Shown here piece after piece: positions 27,801 to 37,900 of a DNA stretch of 64,000 nucleotides. Position 1 is the stretch's first letter. Each line of letters starts with the position of its first letter. Where the stretch lies: positions 9,285 through 73,284 of IMG/VR virus record IMGVR_UViG_3300025767_001290. One strand, written 5' to 3'. The DNA is from a virus. The notes under the pieces are model-generated. The model was not told the origin of the DNA and ran no database searches. It saw only the letters and a list, made by a program, of their open reading frames with translations. The position numbers and the translations under genes are program-made.

Positions 27801-28667
27801 TAACTGCACATTACTTTCAAGTCTTCCATCTACATTGTTGTCAACTACATTGTCGAAAACAGTATCATTAAATTCAATTTTAAATTCAATTTTACTGTCT
27901 GATACTTCTCTAGCGTTAATTTTAAAAGTATTATTTTCGTATATAGGACTTGTATACCCAGTACCTGCTTTGTAATAAATTTGCTGGTACGATGTTGTAA
28001 GATCATAGTTACCTACAGTAGATACTTGAGTGGCGTTTGCTGTAGTATTGCTGTAACTAAATGAAACTGTTCCAACTTGTCCAAGTAATTGCGCCCAGTC
28101 AAGTCCCTTTTGTGTTCTTGCAGCAGAATTAGATGCTGCTATTCTTATTTGGCCACCACTGTTAAAAAAGTGACGTCTGTGATCTGCATCATTAAATGTT
28201 ACAGTAAATAATTGATAAATTAATCCGTTCCATGTTGCTGATCTTATATCAGTTAATTTAAGTGATTGCTCTGATTGCAACGGAGATAATACAAATTTTT
28301 GTTCTTCAATTAGAGTCATTAAAGCTTCGTAATCCGCAATACCTTTTTTAAACCCGTCTGGATCATCTGTAAGTAGTCCATTGTCACTTAAAAATGCACT
28401 TGTATCTTGAGCTACTGTATTCGATCCACTTACTACTTTATCAATTGAGTTAACTCCAAGGCCGCCGACTCCAACTTGGTGTACTCTAGCATTTAAAATA
28501 TCTACATATATATTGTTAAGATCGTCAGCTTTAACTTCACTTTCAACTGAACTAACTTGGCTGCTTGCAAGAGTTTGCCCATATCCATTTTGCCCAGCGC
28601 CTTGACCATGAATTAATGAAATTCTATTTTGTAGGTTGTTAATTCGTGCTGCTGTAATATTTGCCAT
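24825..28667 (-). CDS. Modular tail fibre-like virion protein with Calx-beta-like repeats and a glycine-rich domain (1280 aa)
   Basis: N-terminus paralogous to the 2015-aa protein; three (T/A)xNVP..TLYW...AD..TE modules; poly-Gly domain at about 26180-26870. Confidence 0.75.
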   Translation of the reverse strand: MANITAARINNLQNRISLIHGQGAGQNGYGQTLASSQVSSVESEVKADDLNNIYVDILNARVHQVGVGGLGVNSIDKVVSGSNTVAQDTSAFLSDNGLLTDDPDGFKKGIADYEALMTLIEEQKFVLSPLQSEQSLKLTDIRSATWNGLIYQLFTVTFNDADHRRHFFNSGGQIRIAASNSAARTQKGLDWAQLLGQVGTVSFSYSNTTANATQVSTVGNYDLTTSYQQIYYKAGTGYTSPIYENNTFKINAREVSDSKIEFKIEFNDTVFDNVVDNNVDGRLESNVQLYIAKGNYVSVEDPTFSITTSVSGFDSPAEINKSPEYSIGVDLARNQYEIENLNGQQYASVDYVVNAVNVPYPITLYWDTETVSGNVTAADFDDNTLSGSITITAAYTQAERTINRTLLADNFTEGTESFRLRLYTDASLSSFVDSTGVVTIVDNSVGVTPAPTPTYSITSSTSTISEGSSSTYTVSTTNVPNGTLYWTTTGSGITAGDFTDGTLSGTVTMTSGSGTFTRTTRADVTTEGSEVFDIQLRTGSTNGTVVLTAGNGAATYISDTSLTPPSATFLSNSGTSVTATQAGIYKWTAPSHIDSVTVYSVGGGGAGYTNGGGGGGGGGYGSSTISVIPGQTYDVAVGVGAGNSAGGNTYFKTLNTVSGRGGSQGSYVSNNTQLSPGASGGGFVGTNGGNGGAGGAGYWTYGGGGGGGAGGYAGNGGTGGTGGRSISGIAATNGTAGTGGAGGGGGGGGSVSPSYGAGGGGGVGAGGINSGSGTFGTANGAYGTGGAGGSLGANGATGTTTGGTGGNYGGGGGASGGSAGGAAPGASGAIKLTWDAVPAPTPTIVPAISTSSSNLQFTSPSGVRPSPQRITFTSNAAVTVTGISVSQSSASATSIDYTGALGVPSGVANFSVTPSSSKYIDVTFYRFGSSGTSTLTISTTAGTKVVQLNWTAEVVQTPTYSMTVDSGRAGYPTVGNETTYSAFVYTVTTTNVPNGTVLYWVNKQTFSPAPISANDVNGLTGTVTISNNSGSFTRTAVADATTESGTEFFGTELRTGSVAGPVVRTAIYAAIQDTSLTPAAPVPTYNPSISLPTSVTRGETFAYAINGGAPGTTWTANNGISEATGTFDNSGDFSGTTVINSAGSYTYVVTYSDPTSTTDTFNITVVDPEPVSQDTPVTVSPTSKSIEINPGTQIAAASFVVTNPTDETLNISVQEISRLTGTNTGISAPSFVLAPGATRRVGVAGNTSNLNANTYTFNFGILAAGYPGTYPTFSLVLYRQ

Positions 28668-28676
28668 TTGGGTTCC

Positions 28677-30200
28677 TTATACCTTAAGTACACATTCTAC
28701 TAGCTTTTCGCCCTCATTGCTATTACTTTCAAGTGCAATACCTACTAATGCTGATGTTGCAAGTGTTGTACTTACTCCATCTGCTATTGCGTAAACTGCA
28801 TCGCCTTTTCTAACTGCGCCCTTTACTCTTACAGGTAAACGTCCTTTAAGTCCAATGTATTGTCCTTCTGCTTCACTGTTCATCATATATGCTGGATCAG
28901 TTGAAACAACACCAATGCAGTGATTACTTGCACTTGCTGGTTCTACTTCATGATCTTCATGTGTGCATACTGCTACTGCTGTACCTGCTGGCAATTCTGT
29001 TTCTGTTGTGTATTTTTCTGCTAAGTCAGCATATCTTGCACTTGTTGCTGTACCAACAAATAAGTTAGCAACTATGTTGCCATCAGCATTTCTAACAGCA
29101 ACAGTATTATTTGATAATAAATCGCTTCCTACTGCATATTTGTCTGTTCCGTACTTTAATTGATCAGCTTTATCAGCAACACCTTTAAATTTTTGAGCAT
29201 ATATGTCTTTCCAAAGTAGAGTAGATGACCCAATATCATATGTCTCAGTGATACCAGGCATAATACCAAGTATATTAACGTCAGCTATTGTAGTTACTGC
29301 ACCTAATGAATTAGTTGTTTGGAGTAATATTTTACTGCTTGCGCCATTAGAATTTTTTATTACTGCTGAATTTGTAACAGGATCAAAACTTATAGATATT
29401 TGATCAGTGGCTCCTATTTTTATACCTGTATTACTTTTAAATTTAGTTTCTTCATTAAATACGCTTGCTGTACCTGAAGTTGTTGTGACTACTTCTGATG
29501 CATCTATAACTTTAGTAATAGCGCCATTCACATCATAAACAACAATTTTTTCTGCTGCTGTTGCAGTTCCGTGTAATCTATGTTCACTTGTTGTAATGCC
29601 AAGATTTGCTCCAGTACTTGGAGTATTAACTAGATTTAACCCTTTATTAATTTTAGTAAATCCAGTAACAGTATTACTAGCATCAATATCAAATGCAGTA
29701 CTGTTACTTGCAATAGCTATAATTACATCATTAAGGGTTGTAGTAATAACACTGTTAGTACTGCCATCTTGCCCTAGTATATCTACACTTTGCATTTGTG
29801 TTAGGCCTTCACCTGAGTTTTGCGGGCCTATAAGATCAAAAGTACTTCCGTTATACACATATAATTGGTTGTTTGCACTGTCCCACCAAAAATCTCCATT
29901 TGACGATCCTGTTGGCTGTGTACTAGTTGCTGTTGCTCCGCCTGATGCTTTCCATGTATTGCCGTCATAAAATTTTAATTTGGCGCTGGTTGTGTCATAC
30001 CAAAGTTGACCGGTTAGCGCCCGAGGTGGCGCAACAGTACCGGAGAAGTTCTCAAGTAAAAATAACATATTTTCATTTTGAATTTCTCCATATCCTGCAT
30101 AGTTTTTACCTATAAATTTAAGGTCAGTTGTTTGATCAACTGTACCGTCTTCCACTGTTGTTAACAGTGTGTTGTTATATCTGTCTATTTGATAAGCCAT
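28677..30200 (-). CDS. Tail fibre/spike protein with C-terminal peptidase-G2-like autocleaving chaperone domain
   Basis: N-terminal GKNYAGYGE..NEN...LLENF...GQLWYD; C-terminal ARYADLAEKY...IGVVSTDPAYMMN...GRLPVRV..KGD. Confidence 0.75.
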   Translation of the reverse strand: MAYQIDRYNNTLLTTVEDGTVDQTTDLKFIGKNYAGYGEIQNENMLFLLENFSGTVAPPRALTGQLWYDTTSAKLKFYDGNTWKASGGATATSTQPTGSSNGDFWWDSANNQLYVYNGSTFDLIGPQNSGEGLTQMQSVDILGQDGSTNSVITTTLNDVIIAIASNSTAFDIDASNTVTGFTKINKGLNLVNTPSTGANLGITTSEHRLHGTATAAEKIVVYDVNGAITKVIDASEVVTTTSGTASVFNEETKFKSNTGIKIGATDQISISFDPVTNSAVIKNSNGASSKILLQTTNSLGAVTTIADVNILGIMPGITETYDIGSSTLLWKDIYAQKFKGVADKADQLKYGTDKYAVGSDLLSNNTVAVRNADGNIVANLFVGTATSARYADLAEKYTTETELPAGTAVAVCTHEDHEVEPASASNHCIGVVSTDPAYMMNSEAEGQYIGLKGRLPVRVKGAVRKGDAVYAIADGVSTTLATSALVGIALESNSNEGEKLVECVLKV

Positions 30201-30229
30201 TGCTTGTAAACCCCTAGTGCTATTATTAG

Positions 30230-30237
30230 TATTTATT
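30230..30237 (-). promoter_or_regulatory. Late promoter box AATAAATA
   Basis: In the 40-nt gap, 30 nt upstream of ATG 30200. Confidence 0.6.
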
Positions 30238-30240
30238 CAA

Positions 30241-32211
30241 TTAAAATGAATACGGTTCAGTTGTGCTTATGTGCGTCCAAGCTGTGCCGTTTGATGTATA
30301 AGTCATTAATTTCCTTGTCGGAGTAAGAACAACGCTACCGCTTGCTGTGTTTGAAGCATCAAGATCTTGTATTGCTTGGCCGGCGTTTGACACACCGCCT
30401 TGATCAACTACAACAGTATTTTTAGTTAGTACACCGGTGTTATCAGGACTTTCTGACACAGTAATGTTAATGCCGGTTACTGTTGCTCCTGCATATGATG
30501 TTGTATGTATTTTTGCAATCTTACCTGTATTAAGCGTAGCTGCTGGATACATTGAATTTATAACTGTTGCAACATTTGCTTCTAATGTCGAATCCGCGCC
30601 CATACCAGTAACGTCTAATGAAAATACTACAGGTCCAGTTGCTAATTCTTCATCTACGTATTCTTTAGTAGCAACAGTACTGCCAATTGATTCAGTAACT
30701 GCAAGCTCAACTGCTTTTCTTGCACTAACTGCTTTTGCAACACCTGTAATTTTTTGACTATCAGTAACATTAATATCGCCTGCGGCTGTTATGTTAATTC
30801 CACGATTAGATACGATTGCAAATACTGCCGGACTTGCCGGTGCTGCTGTAATTGTATGACCGTTAATATTAATATTATCAACATCTAAATTGATTAGCGT
30901 TCCAATTTCATCTAATTGCGGAGCTTTTTGGATATTAACTAAACTTGTGTTTGTTAATTTGTTTTCGCCTCCAATCTTTAGTGCTTTAGTGTTGTCACTT
31001 AAATCTAAGTTAACATTAGTAGTCCATGCATCTTGTGCTTGTTTCCAAGTCCATAATTTTTGGCCAACATCTGATGTATCTAATATAAAACCTGCGTTGT
31101 CAGCATTAATTCCAGTAAGTGTTACGCCTGCTGCGGTCTTAGCAATTTCAATATTTTTATCTTCAATTCGCAGTGTAGCAACATCAATACTAGTCGTAGT
31201 GCCTTCAATTAAAAGATTACCAGTTACTCGTAAATCTCCGTCTACATCCAATGTGTAGTCAGGTAGTCTAAAGTCGCCTGCATCAGTTCTATTAAAAATT
31301 CCAACTCTTGCAGTACTTGCATCTACGTAAATTGCATCTACTGTAATTGATCCAAACGAACTTGACTTAACACGCATACTCATATCTTCGTCAGTGATTT
31401 GGTTTTCTAAATAATATCTAGGACCTACAATTTTTTGTACATGATTCTGTGAAACACCAACTGTTAAACCACCCGAGTTTGATATTGTTAAAGTGCCCGT
31501 TGTTAACCCATTAGCAGTTGATGGAAGAAAACTGTCAGCAGTTCTAACTATGCCGCCTGCTGTAACAAGTGCGTTTGCACTGGATGCAATACCTCTAAAT
31601 TTAAAATTAGCAGTATCAATAATGTTAAATCCTTGATATATTATACCATTAGGATTTGCTGCGGTAACTAGTCCATCTATTTGTTGACTGTACACTGGTG
31701 TAAATTCCAGTGCGCTGACAACTGCTGTTAGTGTTCCGCCTACATATAGATTTGCAACTGTTCTAGAACGACTCTGTGCATCAAGAATACTTTCTACTCT
31801 ATATCCAGTTTCGCCTTGTGTTAGTGTATATGAAGGACCCATTAAAATAAGATCAGAGCCGTCGTATGCATATACTTGATTATTTAGACTGTCAATCCAT
31901 AAATCGCCTGCAACCATTTGCGGTTGTGTAGTTTGCACAAATGGGCCTCCACTTGCTTTCCATTGTGTTCCGTCATAGACTTTTAGTCGCTTATCACTGT
32001 TGTCCCACCATGTTTGACCAGTTAATGGATTACTCGGAGATGCTGTATTGGAGAAATTTTCTAATAATTTAATAAAGTTTTCATTAAAGTATTCACCGTA
32101 CCCTGTATAGTTTCTACCAACAAGCACCAGGTTAGTACTAGTAGTATCTATTTGGCCATCAATTAAGTCTGTTAATATTGTGCCGTCTGTCTTGTTTAGT
32201 TGATAACTCAT
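30241..32211 (-). CDS. Baseplate-attached fibre/connector protein (656 aa)
   Basis: Same N-terminal GRNYTGYGE..NENF..LLENF domain; fibre-like LDVDGDLRVTGNL..GTTT, IEDKNIE and ATKEYVD motifs. Confidence 0.7.
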   Translation of the reverse strand: MSYQLNKTDGTILTDLIDGQIDTTSTNLVLVGRNYTGYGEYFNENFIKLLENFSNTASPSNPLTGQTWWDNSDKRLKVYDGTQWKASGGPFVQTTQPQMVAGDLWIDSLNNQVYAYDGSDLILMGPSYTLTQGETGYRVESILDAQSRSRTVANLYVGGTLTAVVSALEFTPVYSQQIDGLVTAANPNGIIYQGFNIIDTANFKFRGIASSANALVTAGGIVRTADSFLPSTANGLTTGTLTISNSGGLTVGVSQNHVQKIVGPRYYLENQITDEDMSMRVKSSSFGSITVDAIYVDASTARVGIFNRTDAGDFRLPDYTLDVDGDLRVTGNLLIEGTTTSIDVATLRIEDKNIEIAKTAAGVTLTGINADNAGFILDTSDVGQKLWTWKQAQDAWTTNVNLDLSDNTKALKIGGENKLTNTSLVNIQKAPQLDEIGTLINLDVDNININGHTITAAPASPAVFAIVSNRGINITAAGDINVTDSQKITGVAKAVSARKAVELAVTESIGSTVATKEYVDEELATGPVVFSLDVTGMGADSTLEANVATVINSMYPAATLNTGKIAKIHTTSYAGATVTGINITVSESPDNTGVLTKNTVVVDQGGVSNAGQAIQDLDASNTASGSVVLTPTRKLMTYTSNGTAWTHISTTEPYSF

Positions 32212-32212
32212 T

Positions 32213-34360
32213 TTATTTTCCAGTATAGATTATATAATTAACAGCTAAGTATGGATTCATAGTGTCTAATGGCGCACCTACAAATTCTGGCGATGCTGCT
32301 GTGCCAATATTTGTAAAATCGCCGGTGCCTGTTACTCCGCCGCCTGCAACGCCGCCACTTGATGCCAGTCCCTGGGTGCCGCCTAAACCAGGTTCAACTG
32401 TTAAGGTAATTGCGTTATTGTCAGCAGGTTCACCTGCTGCTTCTCGTATTGCATAATATTGATTTCCACTAGCGCCTTCTAAATTATGATCATGTTGTGG
32501 TAAGTTAATATCTCTAACACGAGTTGCTTCTTGGCCAGCATTCCCGCCTATAACATCTGCTGCGGCATTTACAACTCTGTTTGCACTCGAACCGTTCATA
32601 TTATCAAGACCTAACGCAAATCTACCTCTAAAGTCTGGTAATCCAAATGTTGTTGCACCGTTTTGTAATAACAAGGATCGATCTTTAAATGAATATGCAA
32701 TAGCTGCAAATAATACAGTATAATCAGAAATATTAACAATAGATCCATCACAAAATAGCCAGCCTGTTGGTAAAACGCTTCCTGCAAACGGCATAAGTGC
32801 TCCTGCTGGAACTAAAGGAATTGTACTTAAAAAAGTACTTTTCTTTACTTTATAAACACCCGAGTCAAATCCGCCCGATGAACTAAATTTGTTAAGCAAT
32901 ATTTCATCTTCGTTATCTGAAAAGGGCAAAGTTGTCTTGTTTGATATAAAACTATTAGCAATACGTACATTAAATGTTTTTGTAGTGCCGCCAACTTGGC
33001 CGTCATATTCAAAACTGTTGTCAGCTACATCACCAGTTATTCCAAACGTAGTAGCACTTGCAATTCTATCTGCAGATCCTGCTCTGCCGCTGACTGTTCC
33101 GCTTACATTACCTTGTAGATTACCAAAATACGTATTAGCATAAACATTATCATATTTTAATGCAGTTGATCCAATATCCCATCTACCTGTAGTTGTAGGT
33201 GATATATTACCACTAGATATATATCCAGCAGTTGCTTCATTATTATCATCATTGCCGCCTAAAATTATGTTTCCGCCGGCTTGTATATCTTTCGCTACTG
33301 CAATTCCGCCTTTGGTTATAAATGTTCCCGAAAGAAGATCGGTACTATTATAAGTAGTATCGATTTCTATTTTTCCTGATGTCGGATCACCTAATGCTTG
33401 ATTTACTTTAATACTTCCTTTAATATCTAATGCCGACTCAGGTGCTGTATTATTAACGCCAACAAATCCTCTAGCATCTAGTCTTAATACGGTATTATAA
33501 GATGTACTATTAAGCATTCTAAAATCTATTATAGATGTATCGCTATTTTGTCGAAATACTGTACTTTGATTTTCTAGTTGTATTCCTAGTTGGCCACTAG
33601 TACCTACAACAATGCCTTGATCGTTTTTAATATTAAGTTGGAAGTTAGAACTCGATTCTGCATCGCTTCTTAAAAAATTTGCAGCAGGAACAACAGTATT
33701 ATTAACTACAAGATTTTCAGCTTTTTCTGAAACTCCGTAGTATTTTAACGCGGCGGTGCCTACTAGTGCAGTTGCACTAAGATTCATGCCTGCGTTAATT
33801 CCGCCTGTAAATCCTGTAATAGTAGTCTTTGGAGTAAATGCCTGCGAACTAATTATTATGCCAGTTTGATTTTTAATTTTTATAGACAATACACTGTACG
33901 TTACATCATCAGAACCAACAATTGATTCAGACTGTGCTCCAGTAAGTAGTCCGTCACTAAAGTCTGGACCAACTAATATCCATGCTGCTCCAGTAAATAA
34001 ATAAAGTTGTTGGGTTTCAGTATTAACCCACAAGTCTCCTGAACTAGAATTTGCAACTGCTGGTTGATTAGTTGCTTTTTTAACTCCACTAGCTGCAATC
34101 CAAGTAGTGCCGTCGTATATTTTAAGTTGATCAACTCCAGCCGACGTATCATACCATAACTGTCCTTCAACTGGACTGGTAGGCGATGTGCTGTTTGCAA
34201 AATTTTCTAATAAATGTAAAAAGTTTTCATTTACTGCGGTCCCGTAGCCAGTATAATTTTTACCCGGATATGATAGCGAAGTTTCTTGATTTAACGTGTT
34301 GTCTTCTACTACAATAGTTCCTTTGTTAACGGAATCAGTGTACAATATTGTATATGCCAT
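32213..34360 (-). CDS. Short tail fibre-like protein with tail-collar domain (715 aa)
   Basis: Shared N-terminal domain; collar PAGALMPFAG..LPTGWLFCDG...LFAAI...TFGLPDFRGRF; LPQHDH; MNPYLAVNYII. Confidence 0.85.
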   Translation of the reverse strand: MAYTILYTDSVNKGTIVVEDNTLNQETSLSYPGKNYTGYGTAVNENFLHLLENFANSTSPTSPVEGQLWYDTSAGVDQLKIYDGTTWIAASGVKKATNQPAVANSSSGDLWVNTETQQLYLFTGAAWILVGPDFSDGLLTGAQSESIVGSDDVTYSVLSIKIKNQTGIIISSQAFTPKTTITGFTGGINAGMNLSATALVGTAALKYYGVSEKAENLVVNNTVVPAANFLRSDAESSSNFQLNIKNDQGIVVGTSGQLGIQLENQSTVFRQNSDTSIIDFRMLNSTSYNTVLRLDARGFVGVNNTAPESALDIKGSIKVNQALGDPTSGKIEIDTTYNSTDLLSGTFITKGGIAVAKDIQAGGNIILGGNDDNNEATAGYISSGNISPTTTGRWDIGSTALKYDNVYANTYFGNLQGNVSGTVSGRAGSADRIASATTFGITGDVADNSFEYDGQVGGTTKTFNVRIANSFISNKTTLPFSDNEDEILLNKFSSSGGFDSGVYKVKKSTFLSTIPLVPAGALMPFAGSVLPTGWLFCDGSIVNISDYTVLFAAIAYSFKDRSLLLQNGATTFGLPDFRGRFALGLDNMNGSSANRVVNAAADVIGGNAGQEATRVRDINLPQHDHNLEGASGNQYYAIREAAGEPADNNAITLTVEPGLGGTQGLASSGGVAGGGVTGTGDFTNIGTAASPEFVGAPLDTMNPYLAVNYIIYTGK

Positions 34361-34370
34361 TATCTATTCC

Positions 34371-34973
34371 TTATCCTGCTAAACTTTGGACTCTAACAGT
34401 ATAATCAATTTGGATTAAACGATTGAGTGATTTTTGTACTGGGTGAAAAATTACATGAGTAATTAGTCTTCCTGTGCCAGTTGAGCTATAACTACGCAGG
34501 CCAAGTTCATCAAATACATAGTTATTTGTTTGCGACGAAGCCGTATCAAATGCATCTTGTCCATTTGGTTCACCGTAATCAAGTAGACAACTTACTACAA
34601 TATCAGTGTAATTAGTTCCGCTTAAATGACGGATTTCAGTTTTATTTCTAACTGGGTCTGTATTGTTAACACTTCTATCGTCTACAACCTTTGTATATGT
34701 TTGATTGTATAGTGTTGCATTAGTGCCCGTGCTATTAGGCGTTAGATACGTGATAATACCAGTTGGATCGACGCTTGTGCCACCGTTACCAAAGCTCATA
34801 TCGTATATAAATCCTTGTCCGGCATTAGACAAACTTTCAGCAAGTGCAATACTCATATTTTCATAGTGAATTGCATTGCGCTTGTCAATGTATACCTTTT
34901 GTGATTCAGGGTCGAATATCTTAATATGTCCCTGAACTAATACTCCGTTTGTGTCTTGCATGTTATCGCTCAT
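34371..34973 (-). CDS. Putative baseplate structural protein
   Basis: 200 aa between baseplate and fibre genes; FGNGGT...FDELGL...ITHVIFHPVQKS pattern; AGGAAA SD. Confidence 0.6.
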   Translation of the reverse strand: MSDNMQDTNGVLVQGHIKIFDPESQKVYIDKRNAIHYENMSIALAESLSNAGQGFIYDMSFGNGGTSVDPTGIITYLTPNSTGTNATLYNQTYTKVVDDRSVNNTDPVRNKTEIRHLSGTNYTDIVVSCLLDYGEPNGQDAFDTASSQTNNYVFDELGLRSYSSTGTGRLITHVIFHPVQKSLNRLIQIDYTVRVQSLAG

Positions 34974-34991
34974 TTAATTTTTCCTATACTG

Positions 34992-34999
34992 TATTTATT
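34992..34999 (-). promoter_or_regulatory. Late promoter box AATAAATA overlapping the stop of the 5349-aa gene
   Basis: About 20 nt upstream of ATG 34973. Confidence 0.55.
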
Positions 35000-37900
35000 C
35001 AGGTAGCTCAGATGTTCCAGCACGTAAGAATCTTGCAATACTATTTTCTGATTCTCCTAAAGAATTAGTGCCTTCATTCCAGATTTTGCCTTGTTTCTTA
35101 ATAATAGTAACTCGTGTCCCTTCGACTGGTACTTGTTTTAAATCTATTTGTTGTGTTTGTACATTAAATATTACGTCTGCTGGATTTTCATAATCACCTG
35201 CTGGACTATCTTGTTCAAATACTGGCAAAAATGAATTAATACTGTTCTTACGCATGCGGACACCGCCAACAAACACTTCTAATTCATTTATAGAACCAGT
35301 TGCAGAGCTTACATCAAATAATGACGTAGTACCATCTGCTGTAATATCTTGAATAATGTTATTATCAATGTACGGAATAGTTTTACCTATATTCTGATCA
35401 AACACTTTTGACTCAGCAGCATGTACTTCCTTAACGCCTGTTCCTAATGTTCCTCTACGAAGTTGACGCAATAAATTACCTTCCTTAACAAAATACTCAA
35501 TACGTTCGCCATTTATAAAAATTATACCAGGTAAATTTTGTCCTTTATTTGGTTCACTTAATAAATTACTATCCTTTACTGTAATCCTTAAATCGTAGTA
35601 ATTTAGTGGTTCTTCTAATGTTGTTACTGATGCATCAAGCCTCTTATAATGAGTTCTATTTAATATATCTTTAAATTGCCTATATGCAAACTTTGAAGTA
35701 CTTACTTCGGCAGTAAAATGAATTACATCAATTAGATCAAGTTGTTCCGGCACAGTTGCTAACTGGACTGTAGTATTATTATTTGTTAATACATAGTCAG
35801 TATCAGGAGTTAACAATTCTCCGTTTTTAACAACCCAAGCATATTTTGCATCAATTGCAGGCTTTCTCAATCTAATTTCACCTACTGATAATCTGTTGTA
35901 TGTAGTGTAATCTGCATTTTCTAACTGTAATGTTACTCTTGATACAACATCGTAATTAATACGCTCTATACCCAGTAAATCATGATTACTAAATTGGAAT
36001 ATCTCAACTGGTGTAAATCCACTCGGTGCTGTATTTAATGTTACAGTATTTTCGCTTGACAATGTATACTGTCCGTCGGTGATTGCATATATTTCAACAA
36101 TATCGCCTGCTTTGCCCACATCATCAGTTAGGACAACACTACTATTTGCAATATCAAATCTCCAACTAATCGGAGTAAGTAGTTCTTCTCCATTTAAAAA
36201 TACTTTTATGTCTTCAGTAAGTAGAGATCCTTGTGGTTGTTGAAATGTTTCTAATGCAAATTCACGCTGACCAGACGGTGGGATTGTGTATTGTATATTA
36301 TAACCTGGACTTAGAATAGTGTTTCCTACTTTTACAATTAAATTGTGCTGTGTAGGTTTATTATAGAACGGTGCTGACGGTAATACAAAATTAACAGCAG
36401 TACCGTTGCCAATAAATCTATCCTTTTTCATTTGACTGTAATTTACTTGTATATTACTATCAAATAATGAATAATAAACTAAGTTGCCTTCTTCTGGAGC
36501 AGTACTAAACGTAAACACAACATTACCAGTTATCTCTGATTTATTAAATGTTACAGTTTGTTTTACACCGTTGACGCTAACAAAAATATCTAAGTCAGTT
36601 TGAAATCTTACTCTAGTTTCAAACGAAGTAGTTGAGCCATCTGCGTTGTATTCTCCGTAATCTAAAATATTTTGTCCAGCTTGTGACACTGTTACAATAC
36701 TAAGAATTTTACCTGTATCAAAACTGTTAATAGTACTATCAATAGTTACTGTGCCGTTTTCCCAATCAATAGTATAATTGCCAGACTCTCTTGAAAGTAC
36801 AGTATTGTTAATTTTAACAATAACAGAATCTATGTTGCTAGGAGTAATACCTAAGTCATATGTTGTAACAGATGTATCTATATGATAACTTTGGCTATTT
36901 ATTTTTCCTTGACCGTCCGAGTCTCTAGTGTACACTTTAATATCTAATGTATCAAATATTTGTCCTGGTACAAGTTCTTCAGGACCTGCCATTGCTGCTT
37001 CTGATATAAATCCATCGCCGTCGGTAATTATATCTTCTGCGGCTGTGCCTGATGCAGTAGTGTATAGAAGATCGCCGCCGGAAAGTGCAGTATCATAACC
37101 TGTTGGATCTGGTATCACACTTCCGTCACTTGTTGATTTTCTTACAACAAATATGTCACCGTCGACTATGCTTATTCCTAAATCTTGCACATAAATTATG
37201 TCAGTTGTTCCGTCGCCTGTGATACTGTTTGTAATAGCATTTACATTAGTTGCAGTTCCTAAACTAAAGTTAGGATCATCAATTCGTACATTGTTCTTAT
37301 AAAGGTTATAAACAACACCGTTCTCTAATGGAGTAGTTAATTGTACTGCAATAGTAGAACCATCTGCTGTAAATACTTGGTCTTCGTATGTGTTGTCAAA
37401 TTGATCCCATTGATCAACAAACCAACCTTTTGAATCCCATCCTGTTACTCCTTGAAAGTCAAAACTACGTACTTCGACACCTCCGTAGTCAATGCCTGTC
37501 ATTAGTTGAGTTAGGTCTTTGCTGTACATAGTTGAGTTAGGGTTATAAGAATGTAAAATTCTATCTTCAGCACTTAGCATACTCAGCGGTAATTGATATT
37601 TAATTTCGATTACAGCATTTAACTTAGGCGGTTTTGCAAATATAATTCTTCCTTTTTCTCTTGTGTATGTTGATGTATTATCTTCAACATTGGCATACGT
37701 ATACTTACTACGCAACTGTTCAACGTTATCAACTAGTACTTGTATAGTAGAATTATTAAGATCCATTGGATAAGGAAGATTAAAAGTTGTACTATCACCT
37801 GTTCCGGTATGCACTGTTTGTTTTGCGATATTTTCGTAAACATATTGGCCGCTTAATCTGTCAAATTTAACTCTTATGTGTGGGTTGCGTACAAGTCCGT

